Made by a program: the position numbers and the translations under genes
In this document: positions 49,187 to 58,005 of the stretch, piece by piece
How the letters are laid out: each line of letters starts with the position of its first letter
How positions within the stretch are numbered: position 1 is the first letter of the stretch
Source: Clostridia bacterium
GTDB taxonomy: Bacteria; Bacillota; Clostridia; RUG12999
NCBI GenBank assembly: GCA_045633565.1
Contig: JAZQYO010000007.1
Location: forward strand, 8,724 to 72,723
Direction: 5' to 3'
DNA length: 64,000 nucleotides
The notes under the pieces: generated by a model
The model's input: the letters and a program-made list of their open reading frames with translations, nothing else
What the model was told of the DNA's origin: nothing
Databases searched by the model: none

Positions 49187-49664
49187 TAATCCGGACAGGA
49201 ACATTTTTAGACCGTGCGTAAAGCACGGTCTTTCCGCTTCCACCGGAAAAATCGTCTGTTACGGCAATCACAAGGTCGCTTGAGTCAACCATATACTGAT
49301 TGCGTTTCATCATACAATAGTGAGTATAGTGCTCGCTGACGCAGGTAATTTTGTCGCACTTTTTTAAAATTGCAGTATATCTTGCTTTGTGAGATGCGTT
49401 CCACCCGGCAGACTGCTTTTTATGTGGCAGAGCAGCCTCAAGCGTAATGTCAAGACCCTTTTCTTTCAGCTCAATTATCGCTTCGGCAGCCCACATATCA
49501 ACTCCTAAAGCCATCCCGCTGATAAAATGGACAGCGCCCTGCGAAACTGCGGTTTTTATATTCTCAAGTATTTCATTTTTAAGCTTTATGCATCGCTCGT
49601 CTGATTCGTTATACCCCCAGGGGAGTTTTTGAGGACGGCGACCGGTAAAACATACAGTTTTCAT
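49176..49664 (-). CDS. DUF1273 / YpsA-like SLOG-family protein
   Basis: 162 aa full-length Rossmannoid SLOG fold pattern (CFTGRRP..GAVHFISGMALGVDMWAAEA..DLVIAVTD..GGSGKT). Confidence 0.7.
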   Translation of the reverse strand: MKTVCFTGRRPQKLPWGYNESDERCIKLKNEILENIKTAVSQGAVHFISGMALGVDMWAAEAIIELKEKGLDITLEAALPHKKQSAGWNASHKARYTAILKKCDKITCVSEHYTHYCMMKRNQYMVDSSDLVIAVTDDFSGGSGKTVLYARSKNVPVRIISI

Positions 49665-49849
49665 TTAATCACCAAAAACATTTTACCACATAGTCATTGA
49701 AAAAGCAATCGCAAGATGGTATAATTGATTCATGCAGAATTTTATTTCATAAATTTAAAAGGAGCTGGCGCTCTTTTGTGCTCGTTTGAGCACGCCGTCA
49801 ATTGATTTATTATAAAATGAAATCTTTATAGAACAAGGTGGTTTATATT

Positions 49850-50602
49850 ATGAAAGCGTTGATTACAGGTGCAAGCTCGGGCATTGGCAGGGAAATAGCC
49901 ATTCTTCTCGACAGTATGGGAATTGAAACGGTCCTTGTCGCAAGGCGTGAGGACAAGCTTAAAGAGCTTGCAGACACCCTAAAAACCAAACCGGAAATTA
50001 TCCCGCTTGATTTGTCAAAACCGCAGGCGGCAAAAGAGCTGTATGAAAAAGTACCCGACATTGACATTTTAATTAATAACGCAGGCTTCGGCGTGTTTGG
50101 CGAGTTTGACAAAACACCGCTTGAAAGGGAAGAGGAGCTTATTTCCCTTAATGTGACCGCACTTCATATTCTGACCAAGCTTTATCTTAAAGATTTTAAA
50201 GAGAAAAACAAAGGGTATATATTAAATGTTGCATCAATAGCATCATTTTTGCCCGGTCCGCTTTTTTCTTCATATTATGCCTCAAAAGCGTATGCCATGA
50301 AACTCACCACCGCAATCCATCACGAGCAAAAACGCTGCCGGTCAAAAGTTAAGGTCAGCTGTCTGTGTCCCGGTCCTGTGGTAACGGAATTTAACGATGT
50401 AGCAGGTGTCAGCTTCGGGCCGCTTGGAATGAAAGCTGATAAAGTAGCAAAAATTGCAGTAAAAGGAATGTTTAAAGGCAAACGCCTTATCATTCCGGGT
50501 GGATTATATAAATTTGCACGAATTTTCGTAAGGTTTATTCCTGAACGGCTTTGTGCAAAGGTTATGGCAGAGCTTCAGCTTGCGAAAAATCCAAAAAGAT
50601 AA
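49850..50602 (+). CDS. SDR-family short-chain dehydrogenase/reductase
   Basis: TGASSGIG NAD(P)-binding motif, NNAG, and catalytic S..YxxxK (SYYASKAYAMK). ATG 49850 has an AAGGTGG RBS. Confidence 0.85.
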   Translation: MKALITGASSGIGREIAILLDSMGIETVLVARREDKLKELADTLKTKPEIIPLDLSKPQAAKELYEKVPDIDILINNAGFGVFGEFDKTPLEREEELISLNVTALHILTKLYLKDFKEKNKGYILNVASIASFLPGPLFSSYYASKAYAMKLTTAIHHEQKRCRSKVKVSCLCPGPVVTEFNDVAGVSFGPLGMKADKVAKIAVKGMFKGKRLIIPGGLYKFARIFVRFIPERLCAKVMAELQLAKNPKR

Positions 50603-50605
50603 AAG

Positions 50606-50637
50606 AAACCCAACGGTTTTAAGACCGTTGGGTTTTT
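50606..50637. terminator. bidirectional terminator (AAACCCAACGG-ttttaaga-CCGTTGGGTTTTT)
   Basis: Hairpin between the convergent SDR and FAD-oxidoreductase genes. Confidence 0.7.
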
Positions 50638-52142
50638 ATGTTTTCTATCACCGCAAGAGCGCATTTTATTCCGTCAACTGCCGCAGAGGTTATTCCGCCG
50701 GCATAGCCCGCACCTTCACCTGCAGGGTAAAGCCCTTTTACAGAGCTCATCATATTTTCATCACGGATAATCCGGACAGGGGAGGAGCTGCGGGATTCCA
50801 CACCTGTTAAAACTGCATCCGGACGGTCAAAGCCTTTAATTTTTCTGCCCATTTCGGTCACCGCATCTTTTAAAGATGAGGAAATAAAGTGGGGCAGGAA
50901 GGTTGTTAAATTTGTCAATGTAACCCCCGGCTGATAAGTAGGCTCTATCTCGCCCAAAACAGAAGATTTTTCGCCCCTTATAAAATCACCGAGAAGCTGC
51001 GCCGGAGCTTTGTATCCGCCGCCGCCCGCTTCATAAGCGGCACGCTCCAGCTTACGCTGAAATTCTATACCGGCAAGGGGGTGGTCACTCCCGAAATCTT
51101 CAGGGCCGACATTTACAAGCAGCGCACTGTTGGCATTTTTTCCGTCACGGGCATGGTTGCTCATTCCGTTTGTCACCACACCACCATCTTCAGACGCTGC
51201 CGCAACAACAACTCCGCCCGGGCACATACAGAAAGTGTATGCCTTTCCTGAAATTGCCAGTTTATAATCGGCAGCAGGCAAATCTTTTGCAAAATCACCA
51301 TACTGAGCACGGTTTATCATTTGCTGAGGATGTTCAATTCTTACACCTGCAGAAAATATTTTCTGCCGGATGGGCACGCCCTTTTCAAAAAGCATTTTAA
51401 AGGTATCACGCGCGCTGTGACCTATTGCGAAAATCACATGGTCGGCAGGGTAAAATCTGTCCGCAGTAACCCCTGCAACTTTGCCGTTTTTTATCGAAAC
51501 ATCGGTCACTGTGCTACCGAAAATAAATTCTCCGCCCATGCCAATTATCCGGTTACGCATATTTTCAATTACTATGGTTAATTTGTCTGTACCGATATGT
51601 GGTTTTGAAAGATATTTTATCTCCTCGGGAGCACCACATTCAAAGAAAATTTCCATTACTTCCCTGCAAAGGGGACTGGATATACCGCTGTTTAATTTAC
51701 CGTCCGAAAATGTTCCGGCACCGCCCTCGCCAAACTGCACATTTGAATCGGGATTGAGCCTGCCGGTTTTAAAAAAGTGGTCAACATCTGCTTTGCGTTC
51801 ACTAACTTTTTTGCCGCGCTCTAAAACTATGGGGCAAAGTCCACCCTTTGCAAGAATATATGCCGCAAAAAGCCCTGCAGGCCCGCTGCCAACCACTACG
51901 GGGCGGTTGTCTGATTGAACTTTTGGTACTTTGAGTCTTTCGGGGCACGGCTTCTCGCCAAAGTAAGCCAAAACGCTGTAAACCAGGCGGACATCGCTCT
52001 TTTTTCGTGCATCAACTGATTTTTTTGTTATTATATATCCGTCCGGTTTTCTGCCGCACTTTTTTTCAATTTTATCGGTAAGGTCCTGTAGCGAGTGGTC
52101 GGGAGGTAGTTTTATACCTGTAATCTCAATTATTTTATTCAT
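50619..52142 (-). CDS. FAD-dependent oxidoreductase (uncharacterised flavoprotein family, COG2509-like)
   Basis: 507 aa with a dinucleotide-binding motif VVVGSGPAGLFAA after a ~90-aa N-terminal domain. Confidence 0.65.
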   Translation of the reverse strand: MNKIIEITGIKLPPDHSLQDLTDKIEKKCGRKPDGYIITKKSVDARKKSDVRLVYSVLAYFGEKPCPERLKVPKVQSDNRPVVVGSGPAGLFAAYILAKGGLCPIVLERGKKVSERKADVDHFFKTGRLNPDSNVQFGEGGAGTFSDGKLNSGISSPLCREVMEIFFECGAPEEIKYLSKPHIGTDKLTIVIENMRNRIIGMGGEFIFGSTVTDVSIKNGKVAGVTADRFYPADHVIFAIGHSARDTFKMLFEKGVPIRQKIFSAGVRIEHPQQMINRAQYGDFAKDLPAADYKLAISGKAYTFCMCPGGVVVAAASEDGGVVTNGMSNHARDGKNANSALLVNVGPEDFGSDHPLAGIEFQRKLERAAYEAGGGGYKAPAQLLGDFIRGEKSSVLGEIEPTYQPGVTLTNLTTFLPHFISSSLKDAVTEMGRKIKGFDRPDAVLTGVESRSSSPVRIIRDENMMSSVKGLYPAGEGAGYAGGITSAAVDGIKCALAVIENIKTQRS

Positions 52143-53400
52143 TTTTCAGCCTTTCCGCCGCGGCTTTTCCGGCAACATAGCCGCTGCTCCATGCCCATTG
52201 CAGGTTAAATCCGCCACAGTCACCATAAATATCAAGAACTTCTCCTGCCGCATAAAGACCGGGCAGGATTTTTGATTCCATTGTGGCAGGGAAAAATTCC
52301 GAGGTCAAAATTCCGCCGGCAGTAACCTGAGCATCACGCCAGCCGGTATACCCGGTAATTTCAAACTCCCAGTTTTTTATAATATCCACCAGCCGGGAAA
52401 CATCCTCGTTTGTCAGACTGCCCGACGACCGGCTGAGTTTACCAAAATTTGCTGCTTTAACCAGGATTTTGCCAATCTGTTTATTAAAAATTCCCGAAAA
52501 GAAAAATTCAAGTGGCATGTCGGGGTTTGAATCTATAAGTGATTTTATAATTTTCTTCAGTTCATCTGAGCTTTTTTTGGGCATAAGATCAAGAACAACA
52601 AAGGTTTTTCTGTTGTGGTTCAACGACTTTACCGCATGGCCCGAAAGCTGCAGAATTGGTGGGCCGGAAAGTCCGTAGTCGGTAAATAAAATTTCGCCTT
52701 CTTCGGTTCGCAATGCCTTGCCCGCGGACATAAGTGTAGCTTTTCCGTCAAATTTTATGCCCTGAAGAGATTTGTGCCAGGGGGAAGAGCTTTTGAGCCT
52801 TGTCAGCGCAGGGTAAATGGCGGTTTTTGTGTGACCTAATTTTTCAAACAGCTTAAACGCACTGCCGTCTGTGCCGCATTGCGGACTTGCACTGCCACCG
52901 GTGCAGACTATAATACTGCGTCCATGCATACTGCCGCCCGATTTTGCTTTTACGCCAAAACCGTTTTTGGACGGTTTTATTTCAGCTGCTTCGAAATCTG
53001 TAATTTCGGGAATGTCAAGCTTTTGAAGTTTTAACCGCAAAAGGTCCAAAACCGCCGAAGCCTGACCGCCAAGGGGATAAATTTTCCCGCCATCTTCCTC
53101 TCTTGTCATTATACCAAAAGAGGCAAACAAATCCAGTGTTTTTTCTACGGAAAAATTAGAAAATGCGCTCATTGTAAACTTGGGGTTTTCACCATGATAA
53201 CGGTCAACATTGCACCCTGAGTTTGACAGGTTGCACCTTCCGTTGCCGGTAACAAGAATTTTCTTTCCCACACGGGGAAGCTTTTCCAAAATGGCGATTT
53301 TCAGCCCGGGATTTTCAGTTTTTGCGGCAATTGCAGCAATAATTCCGCTTGCTCCACCGCCGATTATAAGTATATCAAAAGTATTTTTCATATTCTTCAC
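52135..53400 (-). CDS. HI0933/BaiN-like NAD(P)/FAD-dependent flavoprotein (aminoacetone-oxidase family)
   Basis: IIGGGASGIIAA..GNGRCN motif typical of the HI0933 family. GTG start. 8-nt overlap with the downstream flavoprotein gene. Confidence 0.8.
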   Translation of the reverse strand: MKNMKNTFDILIIGGGASGIIAAIAAKTENPGLKIAILEKLPRVGKKILVTGNGRCNLSNSGCNVDRYHGENPKFTMSAFSNFSVEKTLDLFASFGIMTREEDGGKIYPLGGQASAVLDLLRLKLQKLDIPEITDFEAAEIKPSKNGFGVKAKSGGSMHGRSIIVCTGGSASPQCGTDGSAFKLFEKLGHTKTAIYPALTRLKSSSPWHKSLQGIKFDGKATLMSAGKALRTEEGEILFTDYGLSGPPILQLSGHAVKSLNHNRKTFVVLDLMPKKSSDELKKIIKSLIDSNPDMPLEFFFSGIFNKQIGKILVKAANFGKLSRSSGSLTNEDVSRLVDIIKNWEFEITGYTGWRDAQVTAGGILTSEFFPATMESKILPGLYAAGEVLDIYGDCGGFNLQWAWSSGYVAGKAAAERLKNE

Positions 53401-53483
53401 CCTGATAATAGTTTATCATAACTAAAGAGCGATTTCAACTTAAACTTGACAAAAGCCCTGACGCCGTGTAAAATGTTTAATAT

Positions 53484-53507
53484 GCCCCCTTAGTTAAATG
53501 GATATAA
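53484..53507 (+). repeat. 24-nt direct repeat of the 5' end of tRNA-Arg (pseudo-tRNA fragment), 117 nt upstream of the intact gene
   Basis: GCCCCCTTAGTTAAATGGATATAA is identical to tRNA-Arg positions 1-24 (53601-53624). It is followed by a 7-bp/3-nt hairpin (CTGCTCC-TGT-GGAGCAG) but no T-arm. Preceded by TTGACA(53446-53451)-17-TAAAAT(53469-53474). Confidence 0.5.
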
Positions 53508-53600
53508 GAACCTGCTCCTGTGGAGCAGAACCTTGCCGCTCGCTTACGCTCGCGGAACAAGCCCGTTTAACAAAGGCATTTTTCAAAAAACTAAATACTT

Positions 53601-53675
53601 GCCCCCTTAGTTAAATGGATATAACAAGCCCCTCCTAAGGGCTAGTTACAGGTTCGATTCCTGTAGGGGGTGCCA
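53601..53675 (+). tRNA. tRNA-Arg (anticodon CCT), 75 nt, CCA encoded
   Basis: GCCCCCTTAGTTAAATGGATATAACAAGCCCCTCCTAAGGGCTAGTTACAGGTTCGATTCCTGTAGGGGGTGCCA. Acceptor 7 bp (one G-U), D-arm GTTA/TAAC, anticodon stem AGCCC/GGGCT with loop CUCCUAA, T-arm ACAGG-TTCGATT-CCTGT. Terminator hairpin at 53678-53709. Confidence 0.85.
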
Positions 53676-53818
53676 GAAAAGGACTTGCCATAAGGCAAGT
53701 CCTTTTTTATGTCAGACATATCACTTTCTCCATATTTATAGAGTAAAAAACACATTGAGGTTAAAGGAAAGCTGTGTTATTATAATACTAAAGTACATAT
53801 TCTGAAAGGAAGATTAAT

Positions 53819-55132
53819 ATGTCAAGCTATAAAGTTAAAAAAACAGACGGGGATCTCAGCTGGTTTACTCAGGACAGATTCGGAATGTTCATTCATTTCG
53901 GGCTTTATTCCATGCTTTCAAGGCACGAATGGGTAAGGTCAAACGAATCAATTCCCGATGAAGTTTATGACAATCACATAAATTTTTTCAATCCCGATTT
54001 ATTTGATGCGAAAGAGTGGGCAAAAAAGGCGAAAGATGCCGGCATGAAGTATGCGGTTATGACAGCAAAACACCATGAGGGTTTTTGCATGTTTGATTCT
54101 GCATACACCGAATATAAATCAACAAACACACCTGCGAAAAAGGACTTTATAAAAGAATATGTTGAGGCGTTTCGTGAGGCAGGACTTAAGGTGGGCATTT
54201 ACTATTCCCTTTTAGACTGGCATCACCCCGAATATCAGATTGACTTTTTCCATCCGAGAAGAGCAGATAAAAACGCCGAAGAAATGAACAAAAAGCGTGA
54301 TATGGCAAAATACCGTGAATATATGTTTAATCAGGTATGCGAGCTTTTAACAAACTACGGGAAAATTGACATAATCTGGTTTGACTTTACATACCCCGAC
54401 CTTGACAGCATCAGAAATGAATATAACCAGAGATTTATGCCCGATTACAGGGAATGGATGCCCTGGGCAACAAAGGAAACCTGGGATGCGGAAAATCTTA
54501 TTAAAATGATAAGAGAAATAAATCCGGATATTATTATAAACAACAGAACAGGAATTCCGCAGGATATCACAACTCCCGAGCAGACACTCACAACCGAGTG
54601 GCCCAAATACCCCGGCACAGATGAAAATGCGGCGTGGGAATCCTGCCAGACCTTCTCGGGCTCGTGGGGATACTTCCGTGACGAAATGAGCTGGAAAACT
54701 CCCGAGCAGCTTATAAGAATGCTCATCAGCTGCGTACAGGGCGGTGGAAATCTTATAATGAACGTAGGACCTACCTCAAGAGGATATTTTGACAAAAGAG
54801 CGGACAAAGCACTGGGCGTGTTTGCCGACTGGATGAAATATAACCAGCGGTCAATTTACGGCTGCACAAAAGCTGAGCCGGAATTTGAAGCGCCGGTGGG
54901 AACTGCCCTGACGCAGTCTGAAGATGGAAAACGTCTTTACATACACCTTATCGACTATCCGTTTGCCGAAATGAAAATGAAAAATATGGCAGGCAAAATC
55001 GCCTACACCCAGTTTTTGCACGACGGCTCGGAGCTTAAAATCCGCGAAAACAAAGACGGCAGCGTAAACTTTATCATTCCGGGAATAAAACCCGACCAGA
55101 CAATTTCTGTCGTGGAAGTATTTTTAAAATAA
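53819..55132 (+). CDS. alpha-L-fucosidase (GH29)
   Basis: FGMFIHFGLYS.., ..TAKHHEGFCMFDS.., ..YYSLLDWHHPEY motifs of the GH29 family. 437 aa. Confidence 0.9.
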   Translation: MSSYKVKKTDGDLSWFTQDRFGMFIHFGLYSMLSRHEWVRSNESIPDEVYDNHINFFNPDLFDAKEWAKKAKDAGMKYAVMTAKHHEGFCMFDSAYTEYKSTNTPAKKDFIKEYVEAFREAGLKVGIYYSLLDWHHPEYQIDFFHPRRADKNAEEMNKKRDMAKYREYMFNQVCELLTNYGKIDIIWFDFTYPDLDSIRNEYNQRFMPDYREWMPWATKETWDAENLIKMIREINPDIIINNRTGIPQDITTPEQTLTTEWPKYPGTDENAAWESCQTFSGSWGYFRDEMSWKTPEQLIRMLISCVQGGGNLIMNVGPTSRGYFDKRADKALGVFADWMKYNQRSIYGCTKAEPEFEAPVGTALTQSEDGKRLYIHLIDYPFAEMKMKNMAGKIAYTQFLHDGSELKIRENKDGSVNFIIPGIKPDQTISVVEVFLK

Positions 55133-55151
55133 TGCAAAGAGCAGAATTAAT

Positions 55152-55180
55152 AAAAAAACCCGACCATAGGTCGGGTTTTA
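55152..55180. terminator. bidirectional terminator (AACCCGACC-atag-GTCGGGTT)
   Basis: Flanked by A7 and T4ATT. Ends the fucosidase gene on plus and the 40-aa ORF on minus. Confidence 0.7.
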
Positions 55181-55181
55181 T

Positions 55182-55304
55182 TCATTTTTCTGAGTCTGAA
55201 GATATGTAAATTTCCTCAACCTTTTTCTGTGCATCCTGAAGAATTTTTGTTGCATCTGTTATTGCATTAAACAGAATATAATACATTTCCTGATACTTGT
55301 CCAT
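55182..55304 (-). CDS. candidate 40-aa small protein (MDKYQEMYYILFNAITDATKILQDAQKKVEEIYISSDSEK)
   Basis: Not in the ORF track (under 60 aa). ATG has a strong RBS AAGGAGAAAAATT-ATG. It sits downstream of a promoter, leader and terminator structure and ends at the bidirectional terminator. Predicted helical peptide. Confidence 0.3.
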   Translation of the reverse strand: MDKYQEMYYILFNAITDATKILQDAQKKVEEIYISSDSEK

Positions 55305-55335
55305 AATTTTTCTCCTTTGTTTTGATTAGGAGCAT

Positions 55336-55584
55336 AAAAAAGCGCCGGCAGGAGCCGACGCATAAAACACAAGGCTCCCTAATTTACTGCGACATAAATT
55401 GCGAAGATGATTTCTACCGGTATGGGAAACCCAAAACGCCTCAGGAGCCTGCGTTTTTAGCAGACAACAGACGTTTTGGTTTTAAAAATGGACATAAACG
55501 TCCCCCGATACCTCTTGGTAGAAAAAGAAATATCTTCAATTTATGTCGCAAGATTATTATATCATCATATTCTACATTTTGCAA
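55336..55584 (-). promoter_or_regulatory. promoter (TTGCAA-17-TATAAT) plus ~210-nt structured leader with long-range P1 helix and an intrinsic terminator; candidate riboswitch/attenuator or sRNA
   Basis: On the minus strand, -35 sits at 55579-55584 and -10 at 55556-55561. P1 pairs CTTGCGACATAAATTGAAGAT (plus 55532-55552) with ATCTTCGCAATTTATGTCGCAG (plus 55387-55408). Inner stems include TTCTACC..GGTAGAA, GGAC-GTTTAT-GTCC and AAACCAAAACG..CGTTTTGGTTT. Terminator GCGTCGGC-TCCTG-CCGGCGC plus T6 lies at 55336-55361, about 30 nt before the small ORF. Confidence 0.45.
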
Positions 55585-55663
55585 CAATTTTTTGTCGACA
55601 AATTATGACAAAGGAAACGGAAGCTATAATATTCAAAAAACCATATTTTACCTCAGACTTCTC

Positions 55664-56425
55664 TTATTTTTTGGAGCGGTACTGATTTGGCGTAACTCCA
55701 AGTGAAGCAATAAAGTTTCTGTTAAAGCTGCGCAGGGATTTGTACCCGCTTTCAAGAGCGCAGTGAATGATTGGATAATCTGTGTTATTTAAAAGATAGC
55801 AGGCATTGCTTATTCTATACTGATTAATGTAAGAATTAAAGGAAATACCTGTTGATTTTTTGAAACAGCGGGACAGATGAGAATAACTGTACCCGGTATC
55901 GCTTGAAAGTTTGGCAAGAGAGCAATCTTTTGCAAAATTTTGTTCAACAAAATCAAATATTTTATGTAGCAGATTGTCAGAAAGCTTATTTTTGTCTATA
56001 TATTTTACATCTTTTTCAAATTGTGAACACAAAAAGTACAACACACCCTTTTTTTCGGTTACAGAAGAATCGGGCAAAAGATTGTCCAGTGCACCAATTA
56101 AAAATGCATCGGTAGATATTGTGTTTTTTTCGGGAATTTTATTTCTGATTTTGGAATAATAAGCGCTGACCAGCTCGGGTGAAAATATGCAGAGCATGTG
56201 CGTACTGTTGCTACTCTGCAAAGAATGCAGCTGATTGGGAAAAACAAGCACAGATTCGCCCTGTTTCAGCGGATATAGGGCATTATCAATCTCAACCGTC
56301 ATCTCTCCGGAAAGGACGGTTATAATCTCAAATGAATTGTGCAGGTGAACAGGAAAACTGAAGTTTTCACCATATTCCTTGCGGAAATATTCTGCCGTGC
56401 CGAAGTGATTGTACTGATAAAACAT
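55664..56425 (-). CDS. AraC-family transcriptional regulator with N-terminal cupin sensor domain (likely xylose/fucose-utilisation regulator)
   Basis: Cupin-like N-terminus (..FPVHLHNSFEII..) and a C-terminal double HTH_18 (..SLAKLSSDTGYSYSHLSRCFKK.., ..ESGYKSLRSFNRNF..). Divergent from xylB. Confidence 0.85.
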   Translation of the reverse strand: MFYQYNHFGTAEYFRKEYGENFSFPVHLHNSFEIITVLSGEMTVEIDNALYPLKQGESVLVFPNQLHSLQSSNSTHMLCIFSPELVSAYYSKIRNKIPEKNTISTDAFLIGALDNLLPDSSVTEKKGVLYFLCSQFEKDVKYIDKNKLSDNLLHKIFDFVEQNFAKDCSLAKLSSDTGYSYSHLSRCFKKSTGISFNSYINQYRISNACYLLNNTDYPIIHCALESGYKSLRSFNRNFIASLGVTPNQYRSKK

Positions 56426-56523
56426 ATAAAAACCCCTATGACAAATTTTGTCTATATATTATATGATGGATGGCGAGAAATGTCAAGCCTTGTGCATTAT
56501 AATGTTTGTAAGGAGATGAGAGT

Positions 56524-58005
56524 ATGAATTATTACATAGGTGCAGACCTGGGAACGTCGGCACTGAAACTGCTTCTTTCAGACATTGACGGCAAGATTCT
56601 AAAAACAGCCACTCGGGGTTATGATGTTATGTACCCCAAATCAGGCTGGAGCGAGCAGGAGCCGGAAGATTGGTGGGAAGCATTTAGAGATGGAATAAAA
56701 GAACTTGTAGCTGATGTTGATGCAGATAAAATTAAAGGAATTTGCGTTGCGGGGCAGATGCACGGACTTGTAATACTGGATGAAAATGACAAAGTCATAA
56801 GACCGGCTATACTCTGGAATGACGGACGAAGTTCTGCAGAAACGGCATATCTTAATGATGTTATCGGAAAAGAAAAACTTTCTTTGATGACGGCAAATAT
56901 TGCCTATGCCGGATTTACAGCTCCTAAAATTCTGTGGCTTAAAAATAATGAGCCGGATAATTATAATAAAATTTCAAAAATAATGTTGCCTAAGGATTAT
57001 ATAAACTATCGTCTTACGGGCGTGCACGCAACAGATTATTCGGATGCTTCGGGGTTTTTGTTGCTTGACGTTAAAAACAAATGCTGGGCAAAGCAGATGC
57101 TTGACATTTGTGGCATAAGTGAAAAACAAATGCCAAAGTTGTTTGAAAGTTATGAAAGTATCGGCACAATTTCACCTGACATAGCAGAAAAGCTCGGACT
57201 TTCAAAAAATTTAACAGTTGCAGCCGGTGCGGGCGACAATGCCGGTGCGGCTATAGGCACAGCAACGGTAGGAGAGGGTAAATGCAACATTTCCCTCGGG
57301 ACAAGCGGCACAATTTTTATACCATCGGAAAAATTTAAGGTTGACAGGTATAATTCGCTTCACTCCTTCTGTCATGCAGACGGGAACTATCATCTTATGG
57401 GATGTATATTGTCAGCAGCGTCCTGCAACAAATGGTTTTGTGATGAAATACTTAAAACTGAGAACTACGCAGATGAGCAGGCAGAGATTACAGACGATAT
57501 GCTCGGAAATAATGAAGTGTTCTTCCTTCCGTACCTTATGGGGGAAAGAAGCCCCATTAACGATACTGATGCGACAGGGCTGTTTATCGGGCTGAGACCA
57601 AATACCAGTCGCGCAGATATGCTTCTTGCAGTTTTAGAAGGCGTGAGTTTTGCTGTCAGAGATAATCTTGAGGTTGCAAAAAGTCTGGGAATTGACATTA
57701 AAAACAGCACCATTTGCGGCGGTGGAGCAAGGTCTGAGCTTTGGATGAAAATTCTTGCAAACATATTAAATATAGAGCTTTTGGTTCCCGCAACTGAAGA
57801 AGGACCGGGATATGGCGCTGCAAAACTTGCAATGGTTGCAGCAGGAGAATTTAATAGCGTAAAGGATTGCGTTGATGTTAAAATAAAACAAAAAATTGTT
57901 CCGGACCGAAAACTTGCACAAGCTTATGAGAACAGATATCGCAAATTCTGCAAACTTTATCCTCATATAAAAAATGTATATAAAGAAATCAGGGGGGGAA
58001 ATTAA
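56524..58005 (+). CDS. xylB: xylulokinase
   Basis: FGGY kinase N-terminus [18 protein letters not shown], ..[10 protein letters not shown].. and ..[17 protein letters not shown].. motifs. Upstream of xylA. Confidence 0.9.
   Translation: MNYYIGADLGTSALKLLLSDIDGKILKTATRGYDVMYPKSGWSEQEPEDWWEAFRDGIKELVADVDADKIKGICVAGQMHGLVILDENDKVIRPAILWNDGRSSAETAYLNDVIGKEKLSLMTANIAYAGFTAPKILWLKNNEPDNYNKISKIMLPKDYINYRLTGVHATDYSDASGFLLLDVKNKCWAKQMLDICGISEKQMPKLFESYESIGTISPDIAEKLGLSKNLTVAAGAGDNAGAAIGTATVGEGKCNISLGTSGTIFIPSEKFKVDRYNSLHSFCHADGNYHLMGCILSAASCNKWFCDEILKTENYADEQAEITDDMLGNNEVFFLPYLMGERSPINDTDATGLFIGLRPNTSRADMLLAVLEGVSFAVRDNLEVAKSLGIDIKNSTICGGGARSELWMKILANILNIELLVPATEEGPGYGAAKLAMVAAGEFNSVKDCVDVKIKQKIVPDRKLAQAYENRYRKFCKLYPHIKNVYKEIRGGN

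Noticed and set aside
53484-53560. First GCCCCCTTAGTTAAATGGATATAA segment as a complete second tRNA gene
   Set aside because: It has an acceptor 5' strand and D-arm only. The would-be anticodon arm is a 7-bp/3-nt hairpin and there is no T-arm or 3' acceptor strand. It is a partial repeat of tRNA-Arg, not a tRNA.
55322-55705. 127-aa plus-strand ORF between the fucosidase and the AraC regulator
   Set aside because: No RBS and a low-complexity translation. It lies exactly opposite the minus-strand promoter, leader and terminator structure, which explains the open frame better.
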